Shown: piece by piece, positions 61,251-64,000 of the stretch | Layout: each line of letters begins with the position of its first letter | Position numbering within the stretch: the stretch's first letter is position 1 | DNA from: Lama guanicoe | Taxonomy: Eukaryota | Direction: 5' to 3' | NCBI GenBank assembly: GCA_013239625.1 | Contig: MU053881.1 | Coordinates: forward strand, 16,670,373 to 16,734,372 | DNA: 64,000 nucleotides | Translations under genes and position numbers: made by a program | Notes under the pieces: model-generated | Database searches by the model: none | What the model was told of the DNA's origin: nothing | What the model saw: the letters and a program-made list of their open reading frames with translations, nothing else

Positions 61251-63353
61251 ATCCATGGAGGGTTTTCTATCAGCTGAATGTGGCCAAGCTGGTTTCCTTG
61301 GTGATGGGAGGCTCTGGCTGGCAGACAGGCATGTAGTCATGAATTTCTTCATGTGCCATTACCTTATTTTTGATTAAATGCAGTCTGAGCAGAAGGCATA
61401 CTTTCAAAACATGACTTGCATGGGGAGTGGAATGATAAATGGCATGAGGGTTACTAAGGATGGGAGGCAACCCCCCGGCTGCCTCGGGAGCTTCCCAAAA
61501 GGTAGGTCTGATCATGCCCCTCCCAGGCTATCATCTCCTCATGGTGGCTGTACCTTCTTGGGACCAAAGTTGCAAAGTTGTCCCCCTGGTTCTGCTCTCC
61601 TGTCCTCAACACTCATGGCCTTCCTGGGGCCACCCTCCAGGCTCCAGCATTACCCAGGACTTTTGGCCTGCCAGCCTCAGTGGGCTGCCCCTCACCCCTT
61701 GGGCCCACTGTGACACTTCCTTGTCCATCTGATTGCCACCTGGTCACCTTCCCAGCTCTGGCATCTCCCTCCTCCAGGAAGCCTTTTGTAACCACTTCTC
61801 CTTCTGCCAGCCCAAACTCACGTTGAGCAACTGCACTACCTGGGGCCTTGTCCATGGCCTTGCGGCGAACTACATGGGAGCATCTGCTTGGATCTGTCAG
61901 CTTCCATGCACCTCCCTTGCCAATGCTCGAGGACCTTGGGGACTAACATGGACTGTGGACCATGGGTGGCCTGTCTCATGCGTCTGCTCAGCGAGTTCAC
62001 ACATTTGCCTGAGGTCATGCAGGGGAGCAGCAGAGAGGTTCTGAACTCAGCCCTAACTCCTTAGTCACAGTGCAATGGTCAGCACTGGACTTGGTGTAAG
62101 CTAGCTGCTCCCAAAATGTTGCTGAAGAAATGAGTGATCTGAATAGGCAGCCTGTGGGATCACAGTGGCCGGGGTGGAAACAATGCACCCTCCCAGCCCC
62201 TGGTGTGCCCTGTGTCTTTCCTTGCCTCTAAGGAGGTTGGAGAAGGGAGCTCAGCGCTGGGCCTCACTAGCTGTTGACTTTGGGTGGCATCCAAGGCAGG
62301 AAACCCACTCAAGGGACTCTAGCAAAGTGCTAGAGGTGGGGCACCAAGGGACAGTCACTTCACCTCTGCACTCCCTACTGCCTCTGAGCTAACTCCTGCC
62401 CACTCCACTTGGGCCTGACACCCATATTTTTTTCTCACTGAACCATGTGGGGCTTATTTAACATTGTTGGTCCTGTCCTATTCTTGTTACTCCGCAATGC
62501 AAAATGTCAGATACTCACAAGCCTTTTACCCCAGACGAACTTGGGAGAAGGCAGCAGCCCACTTCTGAAAGGTTTTGAGATCCCTCCTTTGAGAAGCTTT
62601 CCCAGATACCTCTGGAAAAAGCACCGTGGTCCTAGTTATGTCCAACTCCTCCTTTATATGAGCCAGATTTGTCACTCCCCTGGGAAGTCCTCCCTGACCC
62701 CCAGTGGAGGCTGACTCTCCCCATTATATCCTCATTGCTTCACCACTGCAATTTACATTTATTTGTGCTTTTTGAGATAAGTACCCCTCTAACCCACCAG
62801 AAGACAGGGTCCAGAAAGACAGGGTCTGATTCTGATTTTGTTCACCCAAGGTTTAGTACCCTGCCTGTCAGTAGGTGCTCCTCCAATATCAGCAGAATGA
62901 ACAAAGGATTCTGGGTTCGACTTACACCTGCCACTTCTCTGTGACTGCTAAGACCTTGGGCAGGCTACATCACCTCCCTGTGCCTCAGTTCTTCTCTCAG
63001 TAAAATGGCATTCCCACCACGCACCTCCCTTAACCGTTGTAACTCAATGTCACAGTGAACGTTAAGAAATTCCTACAGGAACTGACACAGAATAATCGCT
63101 GAATAAACAAGCTGCTGCGCTCCCAGAGGGCGGGACTGGCCCGAGGGCACGCTGTCCTCGCCATGCCTCACCACATCCAGTCAAAGGTCGCGCAGCCCCT
63201 TGGCGCCAGGCCTGGCTTCCAAGCCAGCTGTGGCCCGCGCTCCCCGCGGTCTCGAGTTCCCCGGGGTCCGGACGGAAGTTTGAGCCTCGGGCCCAGACAG
63301 GTGAGGATGGGGGTCGTGCAGCCGGTTACCTGACAATTGCGGCAGCCCACCGC

Positions 63354-63529
63354 GTTACCTAGTAACAAGGCAGGGCTCGAGGACGGAAGACCCCTAGCAA
63401 CAGGGTGGTGCCCTCAGGTGTGAAACCAAACGGCTTCCTTGCCTAAGACCAGGGTGGCTCCCCTTGGCAGGTTACCTAGCAACAGGGTGGGTCCCCACGG
63501 GGCGAGGCCCCCGCCGGTTGCCTAGCAAC
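63354..63529. promoter_or_regulatory. Cluster of RFX X-box motifs at the start of intron 1
   Basis: GTTACCTAGTAAC 63354-63366, GTTACCTAGCAAC 63471-63483, GTTGCCTAGCAAC 63517-63529, half site CTAGCAAC ~63394. Confidence 0.75.
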
Positions 63530-63554
63530 GCGGAAGGTGGCGAGCCCTTGGTAC

Positions 63555-63596
63555 CTTGCCCTTCAGGTCCAGTACGTAGACGGCACTGGCGGACAT
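63555..63596 (-). CDS. AP1M1: AP1M1 exon 1 coding part (MSASAVYVLDLKGK)
   Basis: ATG at 63596 in GCCGCCATG Kozak context; donor AAG|GTACCA; 42 nt. Confidence 0.97.
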
Positions 63597-64000
63597 GGCG
63601 GCTGCGGAAAGCCTCGGCAGTGGCCGAGAGCGGCGGCGACAGCGGGAACTGCCAGGCGTTGAGCGAGGCCGGGCGCGCCCCGCGACAGTTCGCCTCCACT
63701 TCCGGTCCGGGGAGCCGCGCGCGGACCGTTATGTCCGGCGGGGGAGGAGCTGCCAAGAATGCGCAGGCGCACGGCGCAGCTTGCGCAGGCGTAATAAGCC
63801 CGATGACCCTTGTTTCCTGGTCCTTCCTCAAGCATCCCGGAAGTAAGCCCAGAGGGGCGGGGCTCGGATGGGCGGGGCTAAGATGGGCCGGGCGGGGTCG
63901 GGCGGGGCCGACTGAAGCAGAGAGCTCTCTAGCTGCCTGGCTGGGCCACTGAGGCCGTAATAGCTGGAAAACCCCACTTTGTGGGCCAAATTAGGTGAGA

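Larger units (their letters stand above)
35905..63700 (-). other. AP1M1: AP1M1 gene locus (AP-1 complex subunit mu-1); 12 coding exons, 423 aa; transcript ends approximate
   Basis: Twelve exons join in frame from MSASAVYVLDLKGK to DYQLRTQ-stop (1272 nt), all with GT/AG boundaries and consistent phases; the peptide matches mu1A as I recall it. Confidence 0.98.
63100..63960 (-). promoter_or_regulatory. AP1M1: CpG-island TATA-less promoter of AP1M1
   Basis: High CpG density; NRF1 motif TGCGCAGGCGCA 63760-63771 plus a partial copy ~63782; ETS/GABP ACTTCCGG 63698-63705 and CCGGAAGT 63837-63844; several GGGCGGGG boxes at 63854-63908. Confidence 0.9.

Noticed and set aside
63324..63540. Palindromic repeats with spacers, superficially CRISPR-like
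   Set aside because: Mammalian intron, degenerate 13-bp repeats, irregular spacing and no cas genes; better explained as RFX sites.

Overview
Mammalian genomic DNA, GC-rich and repeat-dense; no prokaryotic features. It is probably camelid (inference from about 14 copies of a tRNA-derived Vic-1-like SINE and artiodactyl-type L1 3' ends). The right half (about 35,900-63,960) holds the complete AP1M1 gene (AP-1 adaptor mu1A) on the minus strand. It has 12 coding exons (42,157,68,131,148,127,143,72,159,126,76,23 nt = 1272 nt, 423 aa + stop), all with GT-AG boundaries, a CpG-island promoter and a 3' UTR ending at tandem ATTAAA signals. The left half is gene-free intergenic DNA; by recalled human synteny this is the interval toward KLF2. 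It contains L1/L2/L3/MIR/MLT/MER relics, an ERV1 remnant with a decayed gag, candidate enhancers and a near-consensus CTCF site. The best leads are an L1-derived 29-nt candidate poison exon in intron 5, a U12-type intron 2, an array of RFX X-boxes at the start of intron 1, and an orphan polyadenylated retro-insertion. No new protein-coding system is supported. Exon coordinates were read base by base; repeat boundaries and family names are by eye and approximate.
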